Assembly: GCA_963773815.1 (NCBI GenBank)
Contig: CAVZCI010000003.1
Coordinates: 219,669-283,668 of the forward strand
Source: an uncultured Acidobacteriota bacterium
GTDB lineage: Bacteria; Acidobacteriota; Thermoanaerobaculia; UBA5066; DATFVB01
DNA: 64,000 bases
Direction of reading: 5' to 3'
In this document: in pieces, positions 40,371-49,359 of the stretch
Position numbering within the stretch: position 1 is the stretch's first letter
How the letters are laid out: each line of letters begins with the position of its first letter
Notes under the pieces: model-generated
Database searches by the model: none
What the model was told of the DNA's origin: nothing
The model's input: only the letters and a program-made list of their open reading frames with translations
Made by a program: the position numbers and the translations under genes

Positions 40371-41243
40371 GTGGACGAAGAACCCGCTCCTCCCGAGCCG
40401 CGCGGCGGCCGACTCGTCCTTCAGTTCTTCCTCGTTCCTCTGCTCGTCGTGGCCGTCTGCGTCGGGATCTTCTTTCTGTTCTCGCTCCTCACGTTCGAGC
40501 ACAAGTCGCCGGCCGACTACCTCGCCGACGTGAAAGGCGGAGCCGCGAACCAGCGCTGGCAATCCGCTTTCGAGTTGTCGCGCGCGGTCGCGAGGATTCC
40601 TCCCGGTCCGGAGCGCCAGAAGCTCGCCGCCGGCACGCTCGACGTCTTCACCCATCTGAAGAGCGACCGCGCCGACGACCGCGACGTGAAACGTTACCTC
40701 GCGCTCGTCCTCGGCCGCCTGCAGGACCGCTCGGCGATCCCGGCTCTCGAGGAGAGCGCGCGCGACTCCGACCCGATGGTCCGGCTCTATTCCGTCTGGG
40801 CCCTCGGGATGCTGGGGGACGCGGGCGCGGTGCCGACGGTGATCGCGGAATCCGAGGCCGAGGACCCCGGAGCCCGGAAGATGGCCGCCTACGTTCTCGG
40901 AAAAATCGGCGATCGCCGGGCCGTGCCGCGGCTGACGGCGATGACGGCGGATCACGTCGCCGACGTGCGGTGGAACGCCGCGATCGCGCTCGCGGAGCTC
41001 CGCGACGGCGGCGGGAAGGAAGTGCTCCGGTCGATGCTCGACCGCCGCGCGCTCGCGCGGCAGGCGGAAAACCTGCGGCCTTCCCAGGTCGAGGAAGCGA
41101 TGATCAACGCCGCGAAGGCCGAGGCCCTCCTCGGGGACGAGCAGGCGCGGCCGATCCTCGAAGAGCTCGCCCGGAGCGACGAGAGTTTGAAGGTCCGCGA
41201 CGCGGCGCGTCGGGCGGCCGAAGCGCTCAAACCGCCATCTTGA
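40371..41243 (+). CDS. Membrane-anchored HEAT-repeat protein
   Basis: One TM helix, then repeats (VRLYSVWALG, ARKMAAYVLG, VRWNAAIALA, VRDAARRA). Confidence 0.85.
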   Translation: MDEEPAPPEPRGGRLVLQFFLVPLLVVAVCVGIFFLFSLLTFEHKSPADYLADVKGGAANQRWQSAFELSRAVARIPPGPERQKLAAGTLDVFTHLKSDRADDRDVKRYLALVLGRLQDRSAIPALEESARDSDPMVRLYSVWALGMLGDAGAVPTVIAESEAEDPGARKMAAYVLGKIGDRRAVPRLTAMTADHVADVRWNAAIALAELRDGGGKEVLRSMLDRRALARQAENLRPSQVEEAMINAAKAEALLGDEQARPILEELARSDESLKVRDAARRAAEALKPPS

Positions 41244-41296
41244 GCGCGCAAGGAGGGTTTTGATATGGTGAATTCCTCAAAGATGGGAATGCTCTG

Positions 41297-41848
41297 ATGT
41301 CCGCCCGCGAGCCGAAAATCGTTTCGAGCGCGCGCCCTTCCCCGGCGTCCGATCCGGAGGCCATGACCCGGCGCGACGCCGTCAAGTGGATGACGCTCGC
41401 CTGGGTGGGTTTCGCCGCGGCGGTCGGAGCCGCGCTGACGGCGACCGCCCGTTTCATGTTTCCCAACGTCCTGTTCGAACCGCCGACCCTCTTCAAGGCC
41501 GGCCTTCCGTCCGATTACGGTCTCGGGGTCGACGAGCGGTGGAAGGAGCGGTACGGCGTCTGGGTCGTCCGGAACACGGCGGAGATCTACTCCCTCATTT
41601 CGGTCTGCGTGCACCTGGGGTGCACGCCGAACTGGCTTCCGGCGCAGAACAAGTTCAAGTGCCCGTGCCACGGATCGGGCTACTACATCTCCGGAATCAA
41701 TTTCGAGGGACCTGCGCCCCGAGCCCTGGAGCGGGCGGCGATTTCGGTTTCTCCCGACGACGGCCAGTTGATCGTCGACAAGGGAACGAAATTCCTGTTC
41801 GAGCAGGGCCAGTGGACCGACCCCAAAGCTTTCGTGAAAGTCGGATAA
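41297..41848 (+). CDS. qcrA: Rieske iron-sulfur subunit of a Rieske/cytochrome b complex
   Basis: Tat-like TRRD plus TM; CVHLGC and CPCHGS boxes; GPAPRAL. Confidence 0.93.
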   Translation: MSAREPKIVSSARPSPASDPEAMTRRDAVKWMTLAWVGFAAAVGAALTATARFMFPNVLFEPPTLFKAGLPSDYGLGVDERWKERYGVWVVRNTAEIYSLISVCVHLGCTPNWLPAQNKFKCPCHGSGYYISGINFEGPAPRALERAAISVSPDDGQLIVDKGTKFLFEQGQWTDPKAFVKVG

Positions 41849-41914
41849 GATCGCTCGCGATTTTTTGAGGATGCTTGTGAATCCACAGCTGCGTGACGAG
41901 TGCGAGGTTCGGGC

Positions 41915-42703
41915 ATGATCGGCAGGCTCCGCGACATTCAGAAGTCGGTCGTCGACAGCCAGATCTGGAAGTCGATCTTCCGGGTCGGCGTGCCCAACAC
42001 GAACCGCAAGCGCGTTCTCGCGATGCTCGGCAACGTCGTCCTCCACCTGCATCCGGTCAAGACGCGCAAGTCGGGCGTGAAAATGCGCTACACGTGGTGC
42101 GCCGGGGGAGTGACGTTCTTCCTCTTCCTCGTGCTGACGTTCACGGGTCTGCTCCTGATGTTCTACTACCGGCCGACCGTCGAATACGCCTACGTCGACG
42201 CTCTCGACCTGAGGGAGCAGGTGCCGTTCGGAATCATGCGCGAGATCCACCGCTGGGGCGCCCACGCGATGGTCATCGCGGTGTGGATCCACATGTTCCG
42301 CGTCTTCATGACCGGATCCTACAAGCCGCCGCGCGAGTTCAACTGGGTCGTCGGCGTGATCCTGCTCGTGCTGACGCTGCTCCTTTCCTTCACCGGCTAC
42401 CTTCTGCCGTGGGACCAGCTCGCGATCTGGGCGATCACGGTCGGCTCCAATATGGCGGGCGCCACGCCTCTCGTCGGCACGCAGGGTCCGGGCACGGCGT
42501 TGCTCAAGATCGGCGACATTTCGCTCGTGACGTCGACCGACGACGCGCGATTCGCGCTGCTCGGCGGGCGGTTCGTGGGCGCCGGAGCCCTGCTGCGCTT
42601 CTACGTTCTGCACTGCGTCGGCATCCCGCTCGTCGCGGCCTTTCTGATGGCGGTTCATTTCTGGCGCGTCCGGAAGGACGGCGGAATCAGCGGACCGGTC
42701 TGA
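41915..42703 (+). CDS. qcrB: Cytochrome b6-type N-terminal subunit
   Basis: WCAGG (heme ci Cys position), [26 protein letters not shown]...VHF, ends GISGPV. Confidence 0.92.
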   Translation: MIGRLRDIQKSVVDSQIWKSIFRVGVPNTNRKRVLAMLGNVVLHLHPVKTRKSGVKMRYTWCAGGVTFFLFLVLTFTGLLLMFYYRPTVEYAYVDALDLREQVPFGIMREIHRWGAHAMVIAVWIHMFRVFMTGSYKPPREFNWVVGVILLVLTLLLSFTGYLLPWDQLAIWAITVGSNMAGATPLVGTQGPGTALLKIGDISLVTSTDDARFALLGGRFVGAGALLRFYVLHCVGIPLVAAFLMAVHFWRVRKDGGISGPV

Positions 42704-42716
42704 GCGGCGGCCAGGA

Positions 42717-43802
42717 ATGATCGTCGTTCAGTTTCTCGAATCCGTCGTTAATTTTCTGTGCAAGCCGCAGATCTTCGTGCCTCTCATGGCCGTCGCGCTC
42801 TTCACGGCTCTCTACACGAAGTGGCTGTGGACTCCCCGCGGCGGATTCACGCTGATCCTGTCCGTCGGCCTCTTCTTCCTCGTTTCGTACTTCGACCCGA
42901 ATTTCAAGAAGGTCGCCTCCGCGCCGGACAACGTTCCGATCGTCGGGATGATCTTCATCATCCTGTTCTACCTCTGGTACGCGATGCACCAGGCGACGAA
43001 CAACGACGAGCGCATCGCGCAGGGCCTCGGGCCCAACGAGGGAGAGGATTCCTACCAGAAAGTCTTCTCGTGGCCCGACCTCGTGTACATCGAGCTGATC
43101 TGTCTCGTTCTGGTCTCCGCGCTGCTCATCGTGTGGTCGATCTTCCTGAAAGCCCCGTTGGAACAGCCCGCGAACCCGACGAACTCCCCGAATCCGGCGA
43201 AAGCCCCCTGGTACTTCCTCGGGCTGCAGGAAATGCTCGTGTACTTCGATCCCTGGCTTGCCGGCGTCGTGCTGCCGGGCCTGATCATCGTCGGCCTGAT
43301 GGCGATTCCGTACATCGACGTCAACCCGAAGGGGAACGGCTATTTCACGTTCAAGGAACGGAAGTGGGAGATCTCGATCTTCCTTCTCGGGTTCCTGATC
43401 TTCTGGATCGTCCTGATCTTCCTCGGAACGTTTCTCCGCGGCCCGAACTGGAACTTCTTCGGCCCGTACGAGCTCTGGGACCCGAACAAGCTGGAACCCC
43501 TGAACAACATCAACGTGTCCGAGATCGTCTGGGTCAAGATGCTGCACAAGGGGCTGCCCTCGTTCTGGCTCGTCCGGGAGATCGTCGGCCTCGGCTTCAT
43601 CTTCGGCTATCTCGGAATTCTTCCGGTCGTCCTGTCGAGGACCCTCTTCCGCAGGTTCTACGAGAAGATGGGGCCGGTCCGGTACTACGTCGGCTGCCTG
43701 CTGCTGCTCGTGATGCTGCTCATGCCGGTCAAGATGTTCCTGCGCTGGACGCTGAACCTGAAGTACATCGTCGCGATTCCGGAAGTCTCCTTCAACATCT
43801 GA
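42717..43802 (+). CDS. Subunit IV (PetD)-like cytochrome b C-terminal subunit with extra helices
   Basis: FSWPDLV, APLEQPANP, KAPWYFLGLQEML (PEWY equivalent). Confidence 0.85.
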   Translation: MIVVQFLESVVNFLCKPQIFVPLMAVALFTALYTKWLWTPRGGFTLILSVGLFFLVSYFDPNFKKVASAPDNVPIVGMIFIILFYLWYAMHQATNNDERIAQGLGPNEGEDSYQKVFSWPDLVYIELICLVLVSALLIVWSIFLKAPLEQPANPTNSPNPAKAPWYFLGLQEMLVYFDPWLAGVVLPGLIIVGLMAIPYIDVNPKGNGYFTFKERKWEISIFLLGFLIFWIVLIFLGTFLRGPNWNFFGPYELWDPNKLEPLNNINVSEIVWVKMLHKGLPSFWLVREIVGLGFIFGYLGILPVVLSRTLFRRFYEKMGPVRYYVGCLLLLVMLLMPVKMFLRWTLNLKYIVAIPEVSFNI

Positions 43803-43812
43803 GGAACCCGAA

Positions 43813-46800
43813 ATGCCGAGGAGACCTCCCGCCGAGCCCATCGACCACCACTACAACATCTCCCGGCTGACGCGCGTCTTCGCGCTCTCCGGCCTGATCG
43901 TCCTCGTCTGTTCGGTCGCGATGATCTGGACGGACTACGCGAGCGGCTGGAGCTTCACGAAGAGCTGGAAGGGTTACCAGCTTCGCTTTCTCCAGTGGGA
44001 TCGCTTCAAGACGAAGCAGGATCTGGACGCCGCCCGCGAGAAGGTCTCGCGCGACGAATACGACGCCGCGGAGGCGCAGTTGCACTCGGCGGAGGCGGAG
44101 CAGGCCGAGAGCCGGAAGGCGATCGCGAAGCTGAACCAGGAAATCAAGGATACCGACGCCGTCCGGTACCGGGACGACCAGAACTACCGGTTCGAGAAAG
44201 CGGTCGTCGACACGTCGCGCTACGAGCTCGAAGTGGCTGAAGACTCCGGAGATGACTCCGCGATCCGGAAGCGGCGAAAGGCGTTCGAAGATCTCGCCGC
44301 CGACCTGCAGAAAAAGCAGCTCCAGCTCCAGACGACGACCGCGAAGTTGAACGATTTCAAGTCGCAAGCCGACGCGCTGACCGAGAAGTCGACCGACGCG
44401 GACAAGAAGATCAAGGCGCTGACGGCGAACTTCACGCTCGCGGCCAAGAAGCTCGGGTCGATGAAGGAAGACGCGATCTTCAAGAGCCGGAACGCCCCGA
44501 TCCTCGACATGGTCAATCCGTCGCTGAAGGTCCAGCAGGTGATTCTCCCGGACCTGTTCAACGACGTGAACTTCATGAAGATCCCGCGGGTCGACCGCTG
44601 CATGTCGTGCCACATGGGCGCCGACAAGAAGGGCTACACGCCCGACGCCGTCGCGAAGATCCCGGAAGTCTTCCAGAGCCACACGAACCTGCCCCTGATT
44701 CTCGGCAGCGAGTCGCCGCACACGCTCGCGGATTTCGGGTGCACGTCCTGCCATGGCGGACACGACCGCTCGACGTCGTTCTTCCACACGGCCCACCAGC
44801 CTTCGAGCAGGGCCGAGGAAGCCCGATGGAAGAAGAAGTACGGCTGGGAGCTCGACGAGTTCGTCGAGATGCCGATCTACCCGATTCGCTACGCGCAGGC
44901 GGGCTGTTACCGCTGCCATTCGAAAGAGGTGAACTTTCCGACCGCTCCGCGGCTCGACGCCGGCCTGCGCGTCATCGAGTCCCTCGGCTGCTGGGGGTGC
45001 CATCGGATCAAGGGCCTCGAGGAGCAGCACCTGCTGAAAGTCGGCCCATCGCTCGCGAAGATCGCCGGAAAGGTCAGCCCGGATTGGGCGATTCGCTGGA
45101 TCTCGAATCCGACGGTATTCCGCCCGAACACGAAGATGCCGCGATTCTTCTACCTCGACAATTTCATTCACAACGAAGGGATCGACCCGAAGACCGGCCG
45201 GTACCGCACTCCCACCCGGATGCAGCAGAGCCAGAACGAAGAAGGGCGCCGCATCAACGACACGATGGTGCGCGCGATCGCCGCGTACCTGTTCGACAAG
45301 TCCCAGAAACCCGCGGTTCCGGCCGCTGCGAAGACGGGCGATCCCGTCCACGGCAAGTGGCTGTTCGAAAACCGCGGGTGCATGGGCTGCCACATTCTCG
45401 ACCCCGGGGCGAAGCGCGACCTGATCGGGACGTACCGGCAGTTCGGGCCGAACCTCGCGGGCGTCGGGTCCAAGGACAGCCGGGACTGGATTTTCGCCTG
45501 GATCAAGGACCCGAAAGCCTGGAACCCCGACACGAAGATGCCGAATCTCCGCCTGTCCGACGAAGACGCGGCGGACCTCTCGGAGTACCTGTCCCGCCAG
45601 AAGGCCTCCGCCGGGTTCGAGTCCGAAAGGATTCCGGAACCCGACAAGGCGTCGCTCGACAAGATTTCCATGTACTTCGAGACGACGACGAAATCGATCG
45701 TCGACGCGAAGGCCGACCTCGCGAAGATGTCGCAGCCGCAGGAGTTGTCCTACGCCGGCGAGAAGCTGATCGCCCATTACGGCTGCTATGCGTGCCACGA
45801 CATTCCCGGATTCGAGGACGCGAAGCCGATCGGCACGGAGCTTTCCGAATGGGGAAACAAGGCCGTTCACCGGCTCGATTTCGGGTTCGTCGACATCGAC
45901 CACACGCGGCAGGACTGGATCCGCACGAAGCTCGGCAACACCCGCATCTACGACCAGGACAAGGTCCGGGGCTGGGAAGAGAAGCTGAAGATGCCTCTGT
46001 TCGGATTTTCGGAGCCGGAAAAAGACGCCGTGATCACGGCCGTGCTCGGTTTCCAGAAGGACGACATGGCGGACTCGAAGAAGAAGCGGCTTTCGCCCGA
46101 GGAAGCCTCGATCGAGCGCGGCCGGCGCATCATCAAGGACCACAACTGCCAGGGTTGCCACGTCCTGGAGGGCCGGGGAGGCTCGATCCGCGACACGATG
46201 CCCGACGTTTCTCTCGCGCCGCCGATCATCAAAGGCGAAGGCGCGAAGGTCCAGAGCGACTGGCTCTTTTCTTTCCTGAATGCCCCGAAGACCGGACAGA
46301 TCCGGCCCTGGCTCCAGGTCCACATGCCGACCTTCGGATTCACCGACGCCCAGTTGAACGACCTGACGCGCTATTTCGCGTCGCTGTCGAAAGCGCCGTA
46401 CCCGTTCCTCCTCGCCGACAGCCAGCCCGATCCGAAGTCGCTCGCTTCGGGCAAGAAGGTCTTCGAGATGTACCGATGCTTCCAGTGCCATCCGAAGAGC
46501 CAGCAGGAAATGGAGAAGGTGGAGGACAAGTCGTCGCTCGCGCCGAACCTTCAGATGGCGCACAGCCGGCTGCGCCACGACTGGATCAACGACTGGATCT
46601 CCCGTCCCGACGAGTGGATGCCGGGGACGAGAATGCCGACGAACTTCCCGAAGGACGACACGACCGGCAAACGCTACGTGACGCTCGCGCTCGGCTGGGA
46701 CTCTCCCCAGATCGCGAAGGACCGGGCGGAGCTCGAGCGGATCTGGGGGAGCCCGCAGGCGGCCGCCGACTTCATCCATGACGTCGACCGTGTGACGCGC

Positions 46801-46902
46801 TCGCTTCGGGACTACGTCTGGTCGCTCGGGGAAGGCGCGCCGGCGCAGGCCGAAGGCGCCCCGAAACCGGCGAAGGCCCGCCGGCTCTCGGCCTCCCGGT
46901 GA
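43813..46902 (+). CDS. Membrane-anchored octaheme c-type cytochrome
   Basis: Eight CxxCH motifs (CMSCH, CTSCH, CYRCH, CWGCH, CMGCH, CYACH, CQGCH, CFQCH); N-terminal TM and coiled coil. Confidence 0.92.
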   Translation: MPRRPPAEPIDHHYNISRLTRVFALSGLIVLVCSVAMIWTDYASGWSFTKSWKGYQLRFLQWDRFKTKQDLDAAREKVSRDEYDAAEAQLHSAEAEQAESRKAIAKLNQEIKDTDAVRYRDDQNYRFEKAVVDTSRYELEVAEDSGDDSAIRKRRKAFEDLAADLQKKQLQLQTTTAKLNDFKSQADALTEKSTDADKKIKALTANFTLAAKKLGSMKEDAIFKSRNAPILDMVNPSLKVQQVILPDLFNDVNFMKIPRVDRCMSCHMGADKKGYTPDAVAKIPEVFQSHTNLPLILGSESPHTLADFGCTSCHGGHDRSTSFFHTAHQPSSRAEEARWKKKYGWELDEFVEMPIYPIRYAQAGCYRCHSKEVNFPTAPRLDAGLRVIESLGCWGCHRIKGLEEQHLLKVGPSLAKIAGKVSPDWAIRWISNPTVFRPNTKMPRFFYLDNFIHNEGIDPKTGRYRTPTRMQQSQNEEGRRINDTMVRAIAAYLFDKSQKPAVPAAAKTGDPVHGKWLFENRGCMGCHILDPGAKRDLIGTYRQFGPNLAGVGSKDSRDWIFAWIKDPKAWNPDTKMPNLRLSDEDAADLSEYLSRQKASAGFESERIPEPDKASLDKISMYFETTTKSIVDAKADLAKMSQPQELSYAGEKLIAHYGCYACHDIPGFEDAKPIGTELSEWGNKAVHRLDFGFVDIDHTRQDWIRTKLGNTRIYDQDKVRGWEEKLKMPLFGFSEPEKDAVITAVLGFQKDDMADSKKKRLSPEEASIERGRRIIKDHNCQGCHVLEGRGGSIRDTMPDVSLAPPIIKGEGAKVQSDWLFSFLNAPKTGQIRPWLQVHMPTFGFTDAQLNDLTRYFASLSKAPYPFLLADSQPDPKSLASGKKVFEMYRCFQCHPKSQQEMEKVEDKSSLAPNLQMAHSRLRHDWINDWISRPDEWMPGTRMPTNFPKDDTTGKRYVTLALGWDSPQIAKDRAELERIWGSPQAAADFIHDVDRVTRSLRDYVWSLGEGAPAQAEGAPKPAKARRLSASR

Positions 46903-47471
46903 CGCCCTCCGCCGCCATTCTTCCCGTGCTGCTCCTGGCGGCGGCGGGGGGACAGGCGGCGCCCGGCACTGTCTTGGGCCGCTGCCCGGCGGCAACGGTC
47001 GTGTTCCTCTCGGTGCCGGTTGCCGAGCTTCCGCGGCCGGCGCCGGGGCTCGCGGTCCGGCTCGCCGTTCAGAACGGACGCGTCGCGCCGAGGATTTCCG
47101 CGGCCCCGGCGGGTTCGTCGCTCCAGATTACGCTGCTCGACACGGTGTTCGCGGACCTTTCCGTGTATTTCGGGCTCTCCGACCTCGCGTTCCGCCACAA
47201 GTTCGTGACACAGGGCGATGTCTCGAAAACGAGGCTCTCGCGTCCGGGATTGATGACAATCGAAAACGAGAACGCCCCGACGGAGCGCGCCTACGTCTAC
47301 GTGACGCCGACGTCGCACTTCGCGGTCGCGGGCAGCGACGGCCGCTACCGCCTGGAAGGCGTTCCCGCCGGAAAGCGCCGCGTGACGGCGTGGGACGAGA
47401 AGCACGGGACGCAGGACAGGGACGTCGTCGTGCCGGCGGGTGGGACGGTCGAGCTCAACTTCGGCAAGTAG
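46899..47471 (+). CDS. Secreted cupredoxin-like / carboxypeptidase-regulatory-like domain protein
   Basis: Signal peptide; DGRYRLEGVPAG..VTAWD C-domain; GTGA overlap with the cytochrome gene. Confidence 0.65.
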   Translation: MTPSAAILPVLLLAAAGGQAAPGTVLGRCPAATVVFLSVPVAELPRPAPGLAVRLAVQNGRVAPRISAAPAGSSLQITLLDTVFADLSVYFGLSDLAFRHKFVTQGDVSKTRLSRPGLMTIENENAPTERAYVYVTPTSHFAVAGSDGRYRLEGVPAGKRRVTAWDEKHGTQDRDVVVPAGGTVELNFGK

Positions 47472-47645
47472 CTCGCTCGGCCCGATTCGCGGCTAAGCCC
47501 CAGCGCCGGCTCGGAGAGCGGGTCCTGTCACGGGACTCGACCCGCTTTTCCGCTCGCTGCGGGTTGAGGACTCTGCTACGACTCCGCGCCGCGAGCGGCA
47601 AAAGGGGTCTCCTCCCGCGCCACCCGCGCTCTATCGCGCCGGCGC
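47472..47645. mobile_element. MITE-like dispersed repeat, copy 2
   Basis: Homologous to 29168-29342; internal hairpin CTTTTCCGCTCGC / GCGAGCGGCAAAAG. Confidence 0.6.
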
Positions 47646-47698
47646 GTTGGCCCGGCCGCTCTCGGGTCTTCGCTCGCCGGCGGCGGTAGAATCCTCCC

Positions 47699-47827
47699 GT
47701 GCACGCCTCGATCTACATCTTCTACATGGTCCTCTTCACGGGGCTCGTCGCGTTCTGTGTCTTTCTGTGGGCCGTGAGAGAGGACGACGACGACGGCGAG
47801 GCGTCGAAAGAGGACAAGGACGAGTAG
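47699..47827 (+). CDS. 42-aa single-TM small protein, CcoS/FixS-like
   Basis: MHASIYIFYMVLFTGLVAFCVFLWAVREDDDDGEASKEDKDE; TAGAAT 6 nt before the GTG; not in the supplied ORF track. Confidence 0.55.
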   Translation: MHASIYIFYMVLFTGLVAFCVFLWAVREDDDDGEASKEDKDE

Positions 47828-48370
47828 CTATTCCTTCTGCGCGAGCAGCGCTTCGACGTTCTGCGTGACCTGGGCGGAGTCCCAGTCGATCGCCTCGGCG
47901 AGGTGGTACAGGATCCTCCCGTTCCGGTTCGCGATGTACGTCTCCGGAAACTTCGCCGTCCCGAACTTGTGGGCGGTCTTCGCGCCCGGATCCCGATATT
48001 GCGGAAGGTCGAACGGCGTCTTCTTCCGGAAGTCGTCGATCGCCTGCCACGAGTCGTCGACCGAAACGCTGTAGAGCGCGATGTCCGGGTTGTTCCTGAA
48101 CTTCGCCCAGAAGGTGTTCAGCTCCGGGAGCTCCTCGACGCAGGGAGGGCACCAGGTCGCCCAGAAGTGGACGACGACGATCTTTCCCTTCAGCTTCGAG
48201 AGGTTGACCTTCTTCCCGTCGCGCGTGAACACGTCGAGCTTCGAGATCGAGGAGAGCGACGTGATCGCGTTGGAGCCGTTCTCCGGCGGCTTGAGCGAAG
48301 TGGTGAAGACGAACGCAACGGCGATCGCGACTCCGAGAGCGGCGAGCAGCAGGACGGTCCGGGTCTTCAC
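47828..48370 (-). CDS. TlpA/ResA-like thiol-disulfide oxidoreductase
   Basis: N-terminal TM; HFWATWCPPCVEELP; PETYI. Confidence 0.92.
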   Translation of the reverse strand: MKTRTVLLLAALGVAIAVAFVFTTSLKPPENGSNAITSLSSISKLDVFTRDGKKVNLSKLKGKIVVVHFWATWCPPCVEELPELNTFWAKFRNNPDIALYSVSVDDSWQAIDDFRKKTPFDLPQYRDPGAKTAHKFGTAKFPETYIANRNGRILYHLAEAIDWDSAQVTQNVEALLAQKE

Positions 48371-48377
48371 GCAACTC

Positions 48378-48428
48378 TCCGACTCGCGACTCGCTGACTC
48401 CAGCTCGCTGACTCGAGACTCGCCGACT
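48378..48428. repeat. Imperfect heptameric tandem repeat (GACTCG-C core, about 7 units)
   Basis: CCGACTCGCGACTCGCTGACTCCAGCTCGCTGACTCGAGACTCGCCGACT. Confidence 0.65.
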
Positions 48429-49256
48429 TCCTACCGGGCACACCGGCTGCGCGATGCAGCGATGGCACTCCGAAAGGCGGGGCCGTGTCCGGCAGATCTC
48501 GAGGATTCCCAGCCGGCAGATCGCGTAGTCGAACTTCACGGGGTCATCCGCGTCGAGGCGGGCGAGTCGCCGGGTGATCTCGACGGCCGTCGTCCAGTCG
48601 GCGGTCTTGCGCCGCGTCAGGCCGAGGCGGCGCGACACCCGGTGAACGTGCGTGTCGGTGGGGACGACGAGAGCGCGCGGCGGAATCCGGTCCCAGATTC
48701 CGAAGTCGATCGCGTCGCGGCGAACCATCCAGCGCAGGTAGAGATTCCATCTCTTGCACGCGGAACCCCCGGAAGGCGACGGAAAGAGGAAGCGCAGCGC
48801 CGCGTTCGCCTCCGGCGCCCCTGCGAGCAGGTCGGCGCAGACGCGGTCGAGAACGGGGCCGATATCCGATTCTCCCTGGTACCGGCTCTCGAAGAAGGCC
48901 TTCACCGATCCTTCGCTTCGAATGACGCCGCCGATGAGGGAAAGGAGCTTCGCCGCTTCTTCCGGCCCGTGGAAGCGATGGCGAAAGAACGAGAGCACGG
49001 CGGCGCCGGGCGGGTTCGACGCGAGCGTTTCCGCCGGATGCCGCCCGAGCGATTCGAGGAGGCGCGAGACGTTCGCGAGGATGATGTCAACGCGCCCGTA
49101 GGCGAACGCGGAGGCGATCCAGCCCGCGACCTCCACGTCCCGGGGATCGGAATAGCGGTGAACGAGACTGACCGGATCCGAGTCCATCGAGTCCGCTCCG
49201 TACCGCAGGGAGAGGCTTTCGAACACCGCGCGAAGCTCTGCGTCCCGCCGGGACAT
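48425..49256 (-). CDS. TIGR02757/DUF2400 family protein (HhH-GPD-like); ends approximate
   Basis: SDPVSLVHRY, AFAYGRV, SACKRWNLYLRWMVR, DTHVHRV, DPVKFDYA. Confidence 0.85.
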
Positions 49257-49359
49257 CCCGAGCGCGCCTTGCCGGCGCGACATTGACTCCATCCGCGCGA
49301 TATCCTACTCTATCGGCGATGCTTCCGGGCCGAGGCCTCCGTCGACATCGTTCAAAACA

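Noticed and set aside
41250-41900. FNR or Rex boxes upstream of the qcr genes (TTGATATGGTGAAT, TTGTGAATCCACAG)
   Set aside because: Only half-sites match; not supportable.
48378-48428. CRISPR array
   Set aside because: Heptamer tandem repeat without spacers; no cas genes and no 25-45-nt regularly spaced repeats anywhere in the window.
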